This document shows positions 12,487 to 26,622 of a stretch of 64,000 nt of DNA, one piece after another. This DNA is from Eledone cirrhosa. Its lineage: Eukaryota. Under the pieces are notes generated by a model. The model saw nothing but the letters and a program-made list of their open reading frames with translations, was not told the origin of the DNA and ran no database searches. Every line of letters starts with the position of its first letter. Position 1 is the stretch's first letter. The DNA is taken from NCBI GenBank assembly GCA_964016885.1, contig OZ024742.1, forward strand, positions 242,048,001 through 242,112,000, read 5' to 3'. The position numbers and the translations under genes are program-made.

Positions 12487-12956
12487 ATAGAAAAGAATCC
12501 TCAGGCACTGAAGAGGTCACATAATGTGTGACTAAAGAACTTTGACAATATATGAACAACCCTCCGGTTGTGGACCCAACCAACCAACCAACCGGATATT
12601 TATAAATTACAAAAAAAAAAATTTTTTTTAAAAGGAACTTTTTAAATTTATAATAAATTGGAGTGAAAGGTACTGGCGCGTGTGTTTCTTATTGGCAACA
12701 TGACCCCCCCCAAAGTATAACAATATCGGTTTCAACCCACGTTTTCAGATAAAGAATATTGCTAAACAAATTCAGAAACGAAATATATATATATATATAT
12801 ATATATGTATAGAGAGAGAGATGTGAGAAAAACCACAGATCCTCCATGTCAACTCTACTTTTGAAAAGTAGAAGAACTGCGAAACCGGTAAAAGAACCAA
12901 ATAAACATATATTTTTTTTAAAAGACTCCAGTTACATTTTAGATTTCATAATGTTT

Positions 12957-13043
<87 letters not shown>

Positions 13044-13213
13044 TATATATCCATATATGTACTCTTTCAGCAACCAATATAACGTATACAGCATTTGTGC
13101 AAGTGGACTTGCTTACAAATAGTTGACAGATCTAAAATTTTATAACCGACATAACCATACAAACTGAATGCAGTGAATAGTTTGTTCGGGTGTTCATACG
13201 TCGGCACATCATG

Positions 13214-13262
<49 letters not shown>

Positions 13263-13664
13263 TGTGTGTGTGTGTCTGCCTGTTTGTTTTCATTCAGTAA
13301 CTAAGAACATACATGCTTAAGCTACAACGTAAACACACCAAAACCACCATTCCATTGCAAAAGCAAGAAAACGCAAAATCCTAATTCTATAACAAAAACC
13401 TACTAACAATATATATATTTTGAAATATTATAAACAGATTGCAAACTAACCTAAAATTATCCGATTATACTCACACAAGTCTGCTACCAACTCCGAGCTA
13501 TAGTAAACTACTTAACCAACAATCCGTATACTAAGATCGAATCTGAAATTAGAAGGCTGTGCAGCGCAATTTGTACCCACTACAACATATGCGTACATAC
13601 ACACACAAATACAGTCACACACATGCATCTATCCATATGTATATATATATGTGTGTGTGTGTGC

Positions 13665-13712
<48 letters not shown>

Positions 13713-13839
13713 GCACACACACACACGCACGGGCATATATATATTTTTCCTTCATTTTAATTTTTTCCTTTTATTTTAATGTTTTTCCACCACTCCCCCC
13801 CCCCCCTCATCCTCTCGGAAGTCTTTTTCTTCCCACCTT

Positions 13840-13875
13840 TCTCCTGATGAAGGGTTTATGCCCGAAACGTCGTCC
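13840..13875 (+). ncRNA. Hammerhead core without a clear stem I
   Basis: CTGATGA-aGGGtttatgCCC-GAAA-CG-TC. Confidence 0.5.
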
Positions 13876-14068
13876 CCCACCCTCACTCTCAAGCGTGAAC
13901 CTAATACCAAACACTGTTCGTAACTGTACTCCTTGTTATTGTTATTTTTTTTAACTTTTCCAGCCGGACTAGCAACTGCTAATCGTTTGGCCGCCTTCTC
14001 ATCTCGGGCATCGCTCTGTTTTCAGCCCCGTGGATTGTGTCTATTATATTCCTTTGTTAAATTTCGGA

Positions 14069-14126
14069 ATACCTGATGATGTCACCGGATTCATACTGAA
14101 CCCGGTCATTGAAATGTTCATAGTAT
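14069..14126 (+). ncRNA. Type I hammerhead motif
   Basis: ATAC-CTGATGA-tgtcACCGGattcatactgaacCCGGTcatt-GAAA-TGttCA-TA-GTAT. Confidence 0.7.
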
Positions 14127-14946
14127 AATAAACCTTTAAGGAATTACACCAGTCCAGCTTCCTGTTATTTTATAATAGACTTGCATTACGTCGAGTGCTC
14201 TCCGTAATATTACATCAAGGTTGACTATACGGAATGACCAGTTCTATCCAGTGGTGAACCAACAAACCTAAATGTATATATATATATATATATATATGCA
14301 GACTTAGTATCTTAATATATACCTGATGAGTATATATTTTAAACAAACTATAGAGATTGTATGGATAGGTTTCTGGTAAAAACAGGTGTTAAACATCAAG
14401 TAACATGTTAACAATCACGCGTAAACATTGTATAAACGTGTAGAATCTTGCGCACAATTTTAGAAAATATTTGCAGAACAGAAACGTGTACACACGGATA
14501 AGTTGGTAAAATGAAGTTATTTAAAGAAATACAAGATATTATTGAATTAAATCAACCATTCATATAAAAATACCACTATGTACAAATTCGTCTTTGTATT
14601 GGCTTTTAAAATATATTTTATGAGTCCCTTGAAGTTTATACGTCTATCGTCAAGATTTGTAAACTTTCAGAGACCCAGCTTCAGGATGTTGCTAGCTTCT
14701 GTACTGCCTCTCATATAGAAGGCGAATGTCAATCGTGTTGACTTTACCTAAAACATACTTACATACATACATATATACATACATACATACATACATACAT
14801 ACATGGTTACATAAATACATACATAGATACATGCTTACATAAATACATACATACATGCTTACATAGATACATACATGCATACATATATACATACATACAT
14901 GCTTACATAAATACATACATGTTTCCATAAATACATACATACATGC

Positions 14947-14977
<31 letters not shown>

Positions 14978-15923
14978 CATACATACATACATACATACAT
15001 ACATACATACATACATACATACATACATACATACTAGTGTATATATATCTTTGTGTATTCATATTCTAAAAGCAGAGCAATAAGAAATGATAACAACAAA
15101 AATGTTTGTGTACGTTAGCAGCTCAGCAGCAAACATTCTTTCTATTTCAGAAAGCAAAAATGTCGGGATATTTTCTTGTCTAATTTGTATTGTGTTGGTG
15201 CTAGTTGAAGCATGACAGAACACTCTATACCATCTCTTCAACTTCACAATGATTGTCTCTAAACATTCCTGGTTGATTTAGCTCTGTGTCGGATCTTCCA
15301 AGATTATGTTTGATTTAGCTTTGCTTTTTGGCACCAGTTTATAATGAATTGTATTTAAATCTTCAATGATTTAAACGGCCTTATTTGTTTTGTTCTGTTT
15401 TACAATATATATTTCATGTAATTGATTACACTAAATGTCTTTGAGAAAGACAGATACAATGAATGACCATTGCAATATATATATACTCATCTTATGAATT
15501 TTGTGAAATCTTCATTTATTTACTAATCAATTGTAATCAGTTGCTGACCTATTATAAAACATACAAAGGAAGGGAATCTTACAGATTGCCAAAGCCTCAC
15601 TGACTGACTGTTAGTCCATCTCTCCACTCTCCCCTCTCTCTTTTTCTACCATTTTATCGTTAATACATCCATTTTTGCTACTCCGAACTAGCTTGGTCAC
15701 CCAATTTCGTAGTTTTATTAAATCATCTTTCCTCTTCTGGTCACAATAATTGTCTCCTTTCCTAGACACCATCTCTAAATTGTCCAGAATATAATTTCCT
15801 TCTCGCTCCAGTCTGCTGTAGCCTCTAGAAATCATAGACAAATTGTCTTTGACCACCTAAATGAAATAGAATATTTGGTACTCAGGTTCCAATTGTCAAG
15901 GTTTGCTCCCTTCTGAACACTCT

Positions 15924-16355
15924 TTAGGGTCTCGGGACACGCAATCTTTCTGGGTCCATCCCGCGCCCCGCAGGACAGTGCGCCGAGATATTGACAGTTT
16001 TTGAAGCATGAAATGAAAACGGCAATATAATTTGTGAACAGGCCACTCTACCTAAGGCCTGGACGAATCCTTTGTAAACTAACGCACGTGACTGATGATA
16101 CGGTATGGTTCTTTCTCGGTCCTTTCCCCATATTGAAGTTTCAGTGCTTTTATTCGCGCCAGTCAACAATCTGGCACTTTCTCAAATCTGCGAAGAGTAC
16201 GCGTTTTTAGAGGCGGACTTTACTCACCTCGTCATAGCTACATCACTCGGTTTTGAGGGTTTTCTTGGAAGTTACAGGTGTTACACATTTCACTATCTCA
16301 CCTAGTAGATCATCGCTGTTGGTCTGGGGCTGCTTATACGCCAGGCAGCTGTCCG

Positions 16356-16434
<79 letters not shown>

Positions 16435-16557
16435 TGGTTCCGCTTGTAGATCCATCCGGATCAGTTGGAGACGGTTGCTTTGACAGGACCCGCTGGAATG
16501 AGTGTTTGACGTTCCTGCCCTCACGACCCTCCCAAGAATAAGTGGGCAAAGAAGAAG

Positions 16558-16588
<31 letters not shown>
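15924..16588 (+). mobile_element. Decayed LINE 3' end (RTE-like) with an (AAG)n tail, interrupted by (TA)n
   Basis: Ends ...GACAGGACCCGCTGG...CCCAAGAATAAGTGGGCA(AAG)n. A homologous 3' end is on the minus strand at 63379-63575. The left boundary is approximate. Confidence 0.5.
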
Positions 16589-18710
16589 GTTAATGCTATA
16601 ATTGTTCCTACTTTTGGCACCAATTGAAGTGTTAATGCTATAATGCTATTAAAAATGTTAATGTAATCAATCGATTTTCCGTTTCCTTAAACTTTGATAA
16701 TATACCCGCAAAGGCGACTTTAAGGAAAGTGATATTTTTATGGTTCTATTTCACTTATAATAATTTTTATTACTTGTGTTATTTAAATGTAAACTCGAAT
16801 GCATTCGTTTCCATCGCAATTATCAATTCTTACATTCTTTCAATTAAACAAACTAGATAAGTTATTTTATCATTTCCTAGATGTGTCCTATCATCAAACC
16901 CATGATATCCCCGAACTATCATTACAAATTCATCAGGATCTGTAACATAACGAAATAAAGAAGCGTCCAGTGATGCACTGTTTTGTGTTTTTCAGTATAT
17001 ATTTCAAAGAACTCTTAACATGTCCGCATTGGATCCAGAAGATGCTAATCAAAACGAAACAAACTTTATAGCTGTAAATTTTAAGATTATACTCCAATTT
17101 AAAAATAAAATGTTAAGCACCAACCTTTCTTTTGATAATTTGTCAGAGAATTCTTGATACTTAAATACAGTGATCTTTTCCCTGGGAATGCTAGGGGAAA
17201 ACAAAGGAAACTGGCAAATATTTTAAGTAGGAAGCAACATATCAGAATATTTAGTTATATATGCTTAGACCGAATGTTGTAATGGAATGAACTCCCCTCA
17301 AGGCGAAAGATTAAGTTTACCACCACAATCTAAATGTATAGTGATATAGAGAAGCCGTAAACGAATATTCAATATGTAATTCAATAATGTACAAATTAAC
17401 GCTGCTATTCTTAGTGAACTAAAAACGTGCAAGTCATTCACAGGTAAAATGATTGAAGAATACAGTAACTCACTTCTTTGAATTGGAATTTACTCAATGT
17501 TGTCCTAGACTTTAAAAAACAGAGCGTGATACTACAAAACGAAATTTCTGGTATCAAACTGTTTGTCAAATGATCTACATTATAGCCGTACGTTATTTCT
17601 TCTGCATATTCATGTCTCTAACTCCAAATGGTATGTTACATTAGTATTAGTTTAAAATAGTTTATACGGTTGTTGTTGTATGCTATCCAGCATGTATAGT
17701 GTATTGTGACACACTTTCCTTTATATTATTTATATATATGAGCATTTGGATTATATAGGTACTGGTAGCTACCTGAGAGTATTTTCAACAAAGTCTTTCT
17801 TCTGAACAATCTAGTGAAATATCAATTTATATCATTGGTACAAGATGTATAATTATAAAAGTAAGCGATTACATGATGTCGATGTTTTCTTAAAAGCATT
17901 AGTGACGCTATCGAAATTAAAAGGCTCAATAACACAATAGATTCTAGCTTGCTGCAATAACCTTTTACAATTTTTCTATTTTACCGTGAACACCAGTCTT
18001 AGAACGAAATTCATGTTTTACCTCGTTATATTAACAGAAGAAAAGGGAATTGGTCCCATTCATGTTGTTCTCTATGAAATTAGGTACATGTGTTGCATAG
18101 TGATCTTCACATAAATTATTGTAACACATAATTGTAAATCAATTTAAAAATCTAATTGCAACTTCCCCAAGAAGTTTTAGATACTTGCTCTAGCTACACT
18201 GTTAACAGCGAATATAAATGATACATTTTGTAGAATGAAATTATATTTGACTTGGTCGTTACTTAAATGTAAAGATATTTTTTGCTGTTTTCTATACTTA
18301 CATCTTAGTTGATTGTCTATAGGCAAGTTTTACTTGTTCTGAAAGTGTGTATAACTAATGAATTGGATGCCAAGTGTATATAACATAATAAAAAAAAGCA
18401 AAACTGTGAGATAAAATTATCTTCGCTAATCACAAAAGACTTGGATAATTGTTTGACTATATCATATAGTGTTTTATAAACGATTTCATGGATTACAGGC
18501 TGAAAGTTCACATTTTCATATTAGTTAGACTACGACAAACTTACCTCTTATATACAGCTATCCTGTCACGTGACTTGAATCTATTATCAAACACCAAACC
18601 CATACACAAATGCATATAGACACAGACAAACATATATATCTATATATAATAATAATAATAATAATAATAACAACAACAACAACAAAAACAATAATAATAA
18701 TAATAATAAT

Positions 18711-18896
18711 AATTGTTTCTACTTTAGGCACAAGGCCAGAAAAATACCCAGTGCATTACTGGTACTTTATTTTATCGACCCCGTAAGGATGAAAGGCAAA
18801 GTCAACCTTGGCGGGATTTGAACTCAGATCGTAAAGGGACGTAACTATGCTGGAAAGCATGGCGTCCGACCCTCTACTGATACTGCCAATCCACCA
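18711..18896 (-). mobile_element. tRNA-derived SINE (Meta-domain-like)
   Basis: A box TGGCAGTATCAG, B box GAGTTCAAATCC, shared core. Confidence 0.8.
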
Positions 18897-18904
18897 ATAA
18901 TAAT

Positions 18905-19200
18905 GAACATCAAGCCGTTACCTGTAGCCTCAAATATTCCTGACGCATCGGAGGGTTCCTTCTGTTCATAGCAAGCATGAATTTTGAAGGAGGCTGGACT
19001 AATAGTCTTAAACCATCCTTGAAAACTCTTCCAGATAATACCTAGTGCTCCTATGACAATCTTGTCAACCTTGCTAGCATGATAGCCACAAATCCTTTTT
19101 AATTCCCACTTTATATCCCGGTACCGGTTAATTTCCCCTCCTTTTCTTGCTCTTCCGTATTTGTTCCTCTTTAATTAGTTTTGTCTCCATTGTTTAACAC
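18905..19200 (-). mobile_element. 3' fragment of an RLE-type non-LTR retrotransposon
   Basis: Minus-strand translation INRYRDIKWELKRICG...KIVIGALGII, typical of the RLE C-terminus. Confidence 0.6.
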
Positions 19201-19280
19201 GATGTAAACCTTCAAATATTAACGCAATAAGCACTCAATACATACTACTTCATTTTGCTGTATCATGTGCCGGGAAATTG

Positions 19281-19323
<43 letters not shown>

Positions 19324-19329
19324 CTGGGT

Positions 19330-19687
19330 TGTTGTAGGTGGGAGAAGCTAATAAAGCTATTTGCAATCGTGTGACTCATGCGTGCGTGTTTGTTTGCTTC
19401 AGTGGCTCTCCGATAGAGTTCTGTTCGTTCTTGAGACAGTGGAGACTTCCGGCATTCGTGACACCCGGACTACACCTCGTCCCTATGCTTTTGGCCAGCT
19501 GTAAGTGAGAGCTCCGCGAGTTGGAGGGGCTGTTCCCTGGCGTAAAGTCGTCCCCATTCTGTCCGCTGGGACCACTGGGTGGTCTAACACTTAAGCAGAG
19601 AGATGTCAAACATGTTTAAATAAAGATTTATTTCACGTACACATGTTATTAAATGCCCTAATAGCGTGTGTTTTTGTGATTACAACA
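19330..19687 (+). mobile_element. Possible solo LTR
   Basis: GC-richer 358-bp island bounded by TGTTGTA...TACAACA, with AATAAA near the 3' end. No clean TSD. Confidence 0.35.
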
Positions 19688-19964
19688 GTTGAAAAGTAGG
19701 TGACAAAGTGATAGAAGATTTTATGTGAATAAATAAGTTGACATTGTATGCTGCGAATATGGGTAATTGATTAGTAGGGGCTGGTAATATTCTATATGCT
19801 GATATATATATATATATATGCGTGTGTGTGTGGGGGAGGGGGTATGTGTGTGTGTGCAAAAGGCAATCAGAAATAACAAAGCAAACGCTACAGTACAATG
19901 GAGAAATATATTTTTAGTTTTATATATATGTGTTTCTATCTATCTTTCTTTCTCCCCCCCTCTT

Positions 19965-20017
<53 letters not shown>

Positions 20018-20027
20018 TTATATACTG

Positions 20028-20060
<33 letters not shown>

Positions 20061-20402
20061 TTGTGCGCATGTGAGTCTGTAAGTGTGTGTTCCTGTGTGT
20101 GTATGTCTGATCCTGTGTATGTTTGCATGCATGTGTGTATGTGTTCACAAGTATGTGTGCTTAAGAGCGTGGGCATCTCTAAATGCAAATGGTTCACTAA
20201 TTAGAAAGACACATTCATCAATCTCTGCACTTCATGCAGCTTTCATTAAATTTCTTTTAAGTACCATTTATCCAACAACCACCGATTTTCTTAATTAACA
20301 ACTTTCTTATGTTAATTTACATTTTCATAATTTATAACTTTTCTTTTACAGCCAGCTAAATGGAAAATATTTTTTTACTCTAACTGTAGCAACCCCCCTT
20401 CT

Positions 20403-20443
<41 letters not shown>

Positions 20444-20446
<3 letters not shown>

Positions 20447-20730
20447 GATATTAATAAATGGAAACTATATTTAAAAAAACATATTTATTTCATTATACAT
20501 ATTTCAGGGATACCAAATTAAATTATGGTATGCCTTCATCAGACAAAATACAATATATAACAGTTTTACAAATAAGCTTTGACGTACCCTATTAAAATGC
20601 AACCATTGTTTTTGGAAGACATGTTTCCATTTATTAATATCGTATATCTACTCCAAATACTTGTCGAGTGCTTTATATCAGTTATAAAAATATTTACTTG
20701 TTGTATCCCAACAATTTTAAATAGAACTTT

Positions 20731-20733
<3 letters not shown>
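20444..20733 (+). mobile_element. Fold-back hammerhead element family A, copy with most of the direct arm deleted
   Basis: Inverted arm 20444-~20607, then a jump to TTTCCATTTATTAATATCGTA and the tail. Homologous to 24040-24496 and 47824-48672. Confidence 0.8.
20487..20549 (-). ncRNA. Type I hammerhead (family A, canonical core)
   Basis: Minus strand: ATTTTGT-CTGATGA-AGGcATACCAtaatttaattTGGTATcCCT-GAAA-TATGTA-TA-ATGAAAT. Confidence 0.75.
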
Positions 20734-20766
<33 letters not shown>

Positions 20767-20810
20767 GGCGAAACATAAGTCATAATCATGAACTCATAAT
20801 CCTTTATTTA

Positions 20811-20864
20811 CTGTTATATATATTTCGATGATAGACATTGAATGGCTATGACCTCATCAGGCAG
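20811..20864 (-). ncRNA. Type I hammerhead motif
   Basis: Minus strand: CTGc-CTGATGA-ggtcATAGcCATtcaATGtCTATcatc-GAAA-TATATA-TA-aCAG. Confidence 0.65.
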
Positions 20865-20938
20865 TTAGTCAGTTCTTAGATATGCCAGCTCTGTGTTTAT
20901 GGTGTTGATGGTATCAGAGCCTTGGGACACACACACAC

Positions 20939-20991
<53 letters not shown>

Positions 20992-21066
20992 AATCAAGAG
21001 CGAGAGAGAGAGAGCGAGCGAGAGAGAGACCGAGAGAGAGGGAGAAAGAGAGAGAGAGAGAAAGAA

Positions 21067-21097
<31 letters not shown>

Positions 21098-21105
21098 TAG
21101 AGAGG

Positions 21106-21194
<89 letters not shown>

Positions 21195-21660
21195 TGCAAA
21201 AGATATAGACTGACATAGATATATTACGAATTAGGTACCTTATTTTAGAAAAATGAACATTCGATTAACTCTCAAATCATTATACATAAAGAATATTGAC
21301 ACACTGCGAAGATGTTTAGATAAATTTGAAAATCTGTAACTTAACAGATTATTGAAACAAACTTAGTTGACCGTTTTATAAAATGATACACTGAGGAACG
21401 TAATTTAGTGTTCAATACAGGTGATAACAAAATAGAATGGACTTGGATGGATTTCCTGAACGAAGTATTTAAATAAAAATGTGAAAAATGTGTACAAAGT
21501 ACATATTTTGTGGCAGGTATACATTCGATCTAATTGGTCGTATAATTTGATGAATACTTATTGCATCAGTTTCGGAAGAGTCGGGAACAATCAGCCGATT
21601 ATGTAAATATTATAAATTACAGTCGATTATAAGTAGTTATTTTAAGTATTATAAATGAAG

Positions 21661-21853
21661 GTGTGTGGCTGAGTGGTTACAGAATTAGATTCGCAATCGT
21701 AAGGTTGTGAGTTTGATTCCTGGACCGGGCGATGCGTTATGTCCTTGAGCAAGACACTTTATTTCATGTTGCTCCTTCTACCCGGAGTTGCGAGGGATAG
21801 ATGGTATTAGCAATTAGAAAGACCAACGGAAACCTTGTTTCCTATATCCGATT
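21661..21853 (+). mobile_element. tRNA-derived SINE (V-SINE-like core)
   Basis: TGGCTGAGTGGTT (A box), GAGTTTGATTCC (B box), TGTCCTTGAGCAAGACACTTTATTTCA. Confidence 0.7.
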
Positions 21854-22797
21854 TGACGAAAGTTGATCGACTGTCGATAATAAGTAGTTAGTCATTATGC
21901 AGATGACATCCCAACAAATTGTCTTTCAAATACTACAAAGATATAGAAACAATCGTGAAATAAAAGAATGTTCTCCGGATTACCATAACATTAGTATTTC
22001 ATACAGTATAGTTTGAGATCTATATGTAATGTAAAATGATTTATGATTATTAAAATATCATTAGACCTAAAAGCCGAGGTAAATAATGACAAAACTTAAC
22101 TCTAGTTTATATGGAAAAAAAATTGGATGTTATGATACTCCAGTGCGTTATACAACACCATTTAAATTATTGTATACAACACCATTTAAATTAAGGCAGA
22201 GTACATTGTACTTGCAATTCTATTATCGGAGATTTTCTGAGGTAGGATATATACTGACGTATTATCCACAAAGTGTATCAAGCATTGTGAAGTATAATAC
22301 ACAGACAAAACATTTCTATCTTTTGATGTGATATTGTCTACAAATTCCTGGAATAGTTACAGCATGACAGAATTTCTATTGTATGCTTACACCTTAGTGC
22401 CGCCCTCAGGTAATGTGGCGGATATTTATTTCTGAGCAATTGAAAAATTAGATGGTATGGTAGACCTCGCATTTGTTAGCAAGCATTGGCGAAGATGATG
22501 TTTGTTTGATGTTGCTGGCATAGTTCCTGGAGAATGATGAGGCTTAAATATTCGGAAAGGAATTCCTCTGCGCAGAAAGTGCAAAATTACTAAAACTGTT
22601 TTGTTGAGAACATACCAAGTAAATGATCTCTCGGTGATCTGATAGATACATGAATTGAAGACAAACTTCTATAATTTTAGAATCAAATAAAGGGTTTGAT
22701 TCAAAAGCCTGTATATATGACTAGTGTATGTATATGTAGTATATTTACTATTATCGATGTTGAATAGACTGATTGGAGCATTAAGGGTCTTGTTTAC

Positions 22798-22859
<62 letters not shown>

Positions 22860-22920
22860 ATAATAATAAATTTGAAGACGAAAATCTAAACGTTTTTTGA
22901 AATATTCACTTCTGCGTTCA

Positions 22921-22995
22921 CAGATTGACTTTGTTAGTTTCAGAAGATCCCGTTAAGGGTGAAAGCAGCGATTCTTTGCTTAAACTTTAATCTGT
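22921..22995 (+). ncRNA. Second copy of the CAGAAGA-core hammerhead-like motif
   Basis: Identical by eye to 4789-4863, also next to (TA)n. Confidence 0.6.
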
Positions 22996-23034
22996 TATTT
23001 TAATAAATATATATATATGTGTATATATATATAT

Positions 23035-23540
23035 GTGGCTACGGGAGCCACAAATCTTGGTTTAGTCATACTTTGGTCCAAAGCAGGTTGGTATATAATC
23101 TGTAGCTCAAATAATGATGGGTATGAAGCTGAAGGTGTATCTTGGATATTGGATCTGAAAACTCCTCATCAATAGTCCGTAGATGTCCTCCTTCTGTATT
23201 TTTCTTACAACTTTGACATCAAGTGGGCAGCTGATCTCTAGAACAGAACACGTTTTCAATGTGTGGTCCCAAACAACAATATCAGGCTGATTGTGCTATA
23301 ATTTGGTGGCAGTTTTTATCATCAGGTTCCACCAGTATTCCTTTGTGCTATCTATCTCAACATATTCCTTCTCATTTGTTTTTAATTTTGCTTTCCTTAG
23401 TGCGTGCCAGATGGTTCTAGCTATCACATCGTTTCTCATAAGGAGGTATTAACGAGATGACATTCTTTCACAGTTGGCAACATCTTCGATCTTTGTTTTA
23501 CATAGCCTACATTTATTGTCGACTGATGGCCTTCTTTTTC
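23035..23540 (-). mobile_element. RLE-type non-LTR retrotransposon fragment (zinc knuckle plus RLE)
   Basis: Minus strand: CRLCKTKIEDV...EYWWNL...HNQPDIVVWD...LEISCPLD...FIPIII, with stops. Confidence 0.75.
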
Positions 23541-23994
23541 TGTATGTATGCATGTATGTATGTATGTATGTATGTATGTATGTATGTATGTATGTATGTA
23601 TGTATGTATGTATGTATGTATGTATGTTCTGGTTTCATAATTTTATGATTTTTTACCGATAGAGAGAGAGTCGTTCCCTAACATAGACACAAGACTGTTT
23701 CATTGGAATTTAGACACCAACTAGGTTAATATACATGCATGTCTGCATGAGTGTATGTTTGTGGATGTTGATGTTTTGAATTATATGTGTGCATGTGCAT
23801 ATATTTTGTATCTGCACATGTATATATGCAGTTATTACATGCAGCATTTTTGGAATGTTTTACATATTTTAAAATTATTTTTACTCTTCCATAATTGATT
23901 GTACTTGTAATATCCTAACTATGTATGTATATATGTATGTATGTTTCTATGTATTATGTGCATATATATATGTATGCATACATATGGTATATGC

Positions 23995-24039
<45 letters not shown>

Positions 24040-24041
<2 letters not shown>

Positions 24042-24493
24042 AAAGTTTTATTTAAAATTGTTGGGTTACAACGAGTAAATATTTTATAACTGATATAAAA
24101 GCACTCAACAGTTTACGATATTAAACAAATGGAGTAGGTTTACGATATTAAACAAATGGAAACTATATTTATAAAACCATATTTATTTCGTTATATATAT
24201 TTCTGGGATATCATATTAAAAATATGGTATGCCTTCCACAGACAAAATACAATACATAAGCTGTTTTATAAATAATTTTGACATACCTTATAATAATGCA
24301 ACTTCCATTTAAAAAATCAATTTTTTAAATGGAAGTTGCATTATTATAAGGTATGTCAAAATTATTTATAAAACAGCTTATGTATTGTATTTTGTCTGTG
24401 GAAGGCATACCATATTTTTAATATGATATCCCAGAAATATATATAACGAAATAAATATGGTTTTATAAATATAGTTTCCATTTGTTTAATATC

Positions 24494-24496
<3 letters not shown>
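24040..24496 (-). mobile_element. Family A copy forming a 356-bp palindrome (24141-24496) plus tail
   Basis: Symmetric about 24318/24319 with a 2-nt centre. Hammerhead layout at 24389-24452 with core CTGTGGA in both arms. Confidence 0.88.
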
Positions 24497-24549
<53 letters not shown>

Positions 24550-25040
24550 AAATTTGTGTGGATGTGTGTATGTGTGTGTATGTGCAACAAGTGTGTTTAT
24601 TTAAGCCTTTCGCTCAGAGACTATTGATCAGTACATACCGATTTGTGAAAGAATACAAACAGTTTGGATGATCGAATTTGCGTTATATATCTTTAGGAGG
24701 TTATAAAATCGTAGTCATACAATGACTCAGTTTCACACACCTACAGACACGCTGACACACTTACATATACGGACACACACATGCTACACAAATACACACA
24801 CACGAACATACACACACAAACATATATATATATATATATAAGTATGTACACGTACAGACGTACAGTAGTATGTATATAATCCATACGTACATATATATAT
24901 ACGTGTGCATGTATGTATATATATATATATACATACTACTGTACGTCTGTATATATATATGTATGTACGTGTACATACTTATATTTAACTAACAGCCGTA
25001 CTAAGAGTGGGAAATGAAATTTCGTTTCATTTTTTCCGTT

Positions 25041-25342
<302 letters not shown>

Positions 25343-25586
25343 ATATATATATATATAAATGTAAGATAAAATATATACAGTATTTCCTCTCCCAATCAGT
25401 ATAAATTAACCACACAAAAAATCATTTAAACGAGGCTATAAGTTTAAAACGTACTTATGAAGAAATAATCGATAAATGATATAGATACTTTTCCGCGATG
25501 TACAGCCATATGACATCTACCTAATATTTCTCCTAGCTTGAAGAAATTGACTATATATATATATGAATATTATTTTAATGATATGT

Positions 25587-25757
25587 ATCGGTAAAGAGTC
25601 GGACGCCATGCTTTCCCGCATAGTTACGTCCCTTTACGGTCTGAGTTCAAATCCCGCCGAGGTTCACTTTGCCTTTCATCCTCACGGGGTCGATAAAATA
25701 AAGTACCAGTAATGTACTGGGTAATTGCTGGCATTGTGCCAAAAGTAGAAACAATTA
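25587..25757 (+). mobile_element. tRNA-derived SINE (same family)
   Basis: GAGTTCAAATCCCGCCGAGG...GGGGTCGATAAAATAAAGTACCAGT. Confidence 0.8.
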
Positions 25758-26587
25758 TTTTAATGATATGTATTGTCAGCATCCAGTAATCAGAAGAAGG
25801 GAAGTAGACATAAAAACCAAACTCGCTATCTTCGATTCGATTTTCGTGCCAACCCTTACCTATGGTCATGAATCTTGGGTACTGACCAAAAGAATACGAT
25901 CGCGAATATAAGAGGCTGATAATTCTACGTGATCATTTGATATGCTAAATTTAGCTGCCAATTTCACTTAAATTTCACCCTACCATTTTAGACAAGTGGG
26001 ATACATTTCTTAATGTGAATCGGCGTGAAGAGTGTGAAAGAAATTAATCGTGGCTGGTATGCTTACGGGTTTTCTCAATCATAACTAAACAAGAGCTAAG
26101 CGACAATAACTACAATAACAAAAGGAAAAAAAACAAAAAAACTAGAGCCATCTGTAACAACACTAGTGACATCGAGCTAGAGAATAGATTTGACCTACAT
26201 AGTCATTTGACCTGTCTTGCTGAAAATAGCAGCAAAATCTACTTTAAATCTACCATCTTAAAAATCAAACCCTGCCACAATAAACAACATCATCATTAAC
26301 CCGAATTGATGGAGATTATGATAAGAATAACGTTCGAAAAATTATGAAGTAATAACTGTATATTGTTGTTGTTTTTTGTTAATGGTGATGATGATGAGGT
26401 GGTTCTGATGCTAGTGATGATGATAATAATGATGTTGGTGATGGTGCTCATGTTGATAATTAGACTAATATTGATGATCATTTCATTAAAACCCTTAATG
26501 ACACGCAGCAGCAGCAGATGATAGAGATATAAAAAGATGCAGGGATATCGTATTAGATTTATTGCTGGTGCCGTGTTTTGTTGTTGT

Positions 26588-26622
<35 letters not shown>

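Larger units (their letters stand above)
11199..12783 (-). mobile_element. Penelope-like retroelement (Neptune-like Cys-rich linker), 5'-truncated, with inverted pLTR
   Basis: Arms ~11199-11426 and ~12489-12726 are diverged reverse complements. The tail 12727-12783 is on the short arm. (TA)n flanks. Confidence 0.85.

Noticed and set aside
14323-14345. Isolated CTGATGAG
   Set aside because: No downstream stem II-GAAA-stem III.
15611-15856. 81-aa ORF as a host exon
   Set aside because: No recognisable domain or splice context. It is probably a retroelement remnant but cannot be assigned.
21661-21735. tRNA gene
   Set aside because: The A and B boxes belong to a SINE head that continues into a SINE core. 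No complete cloverleaf.
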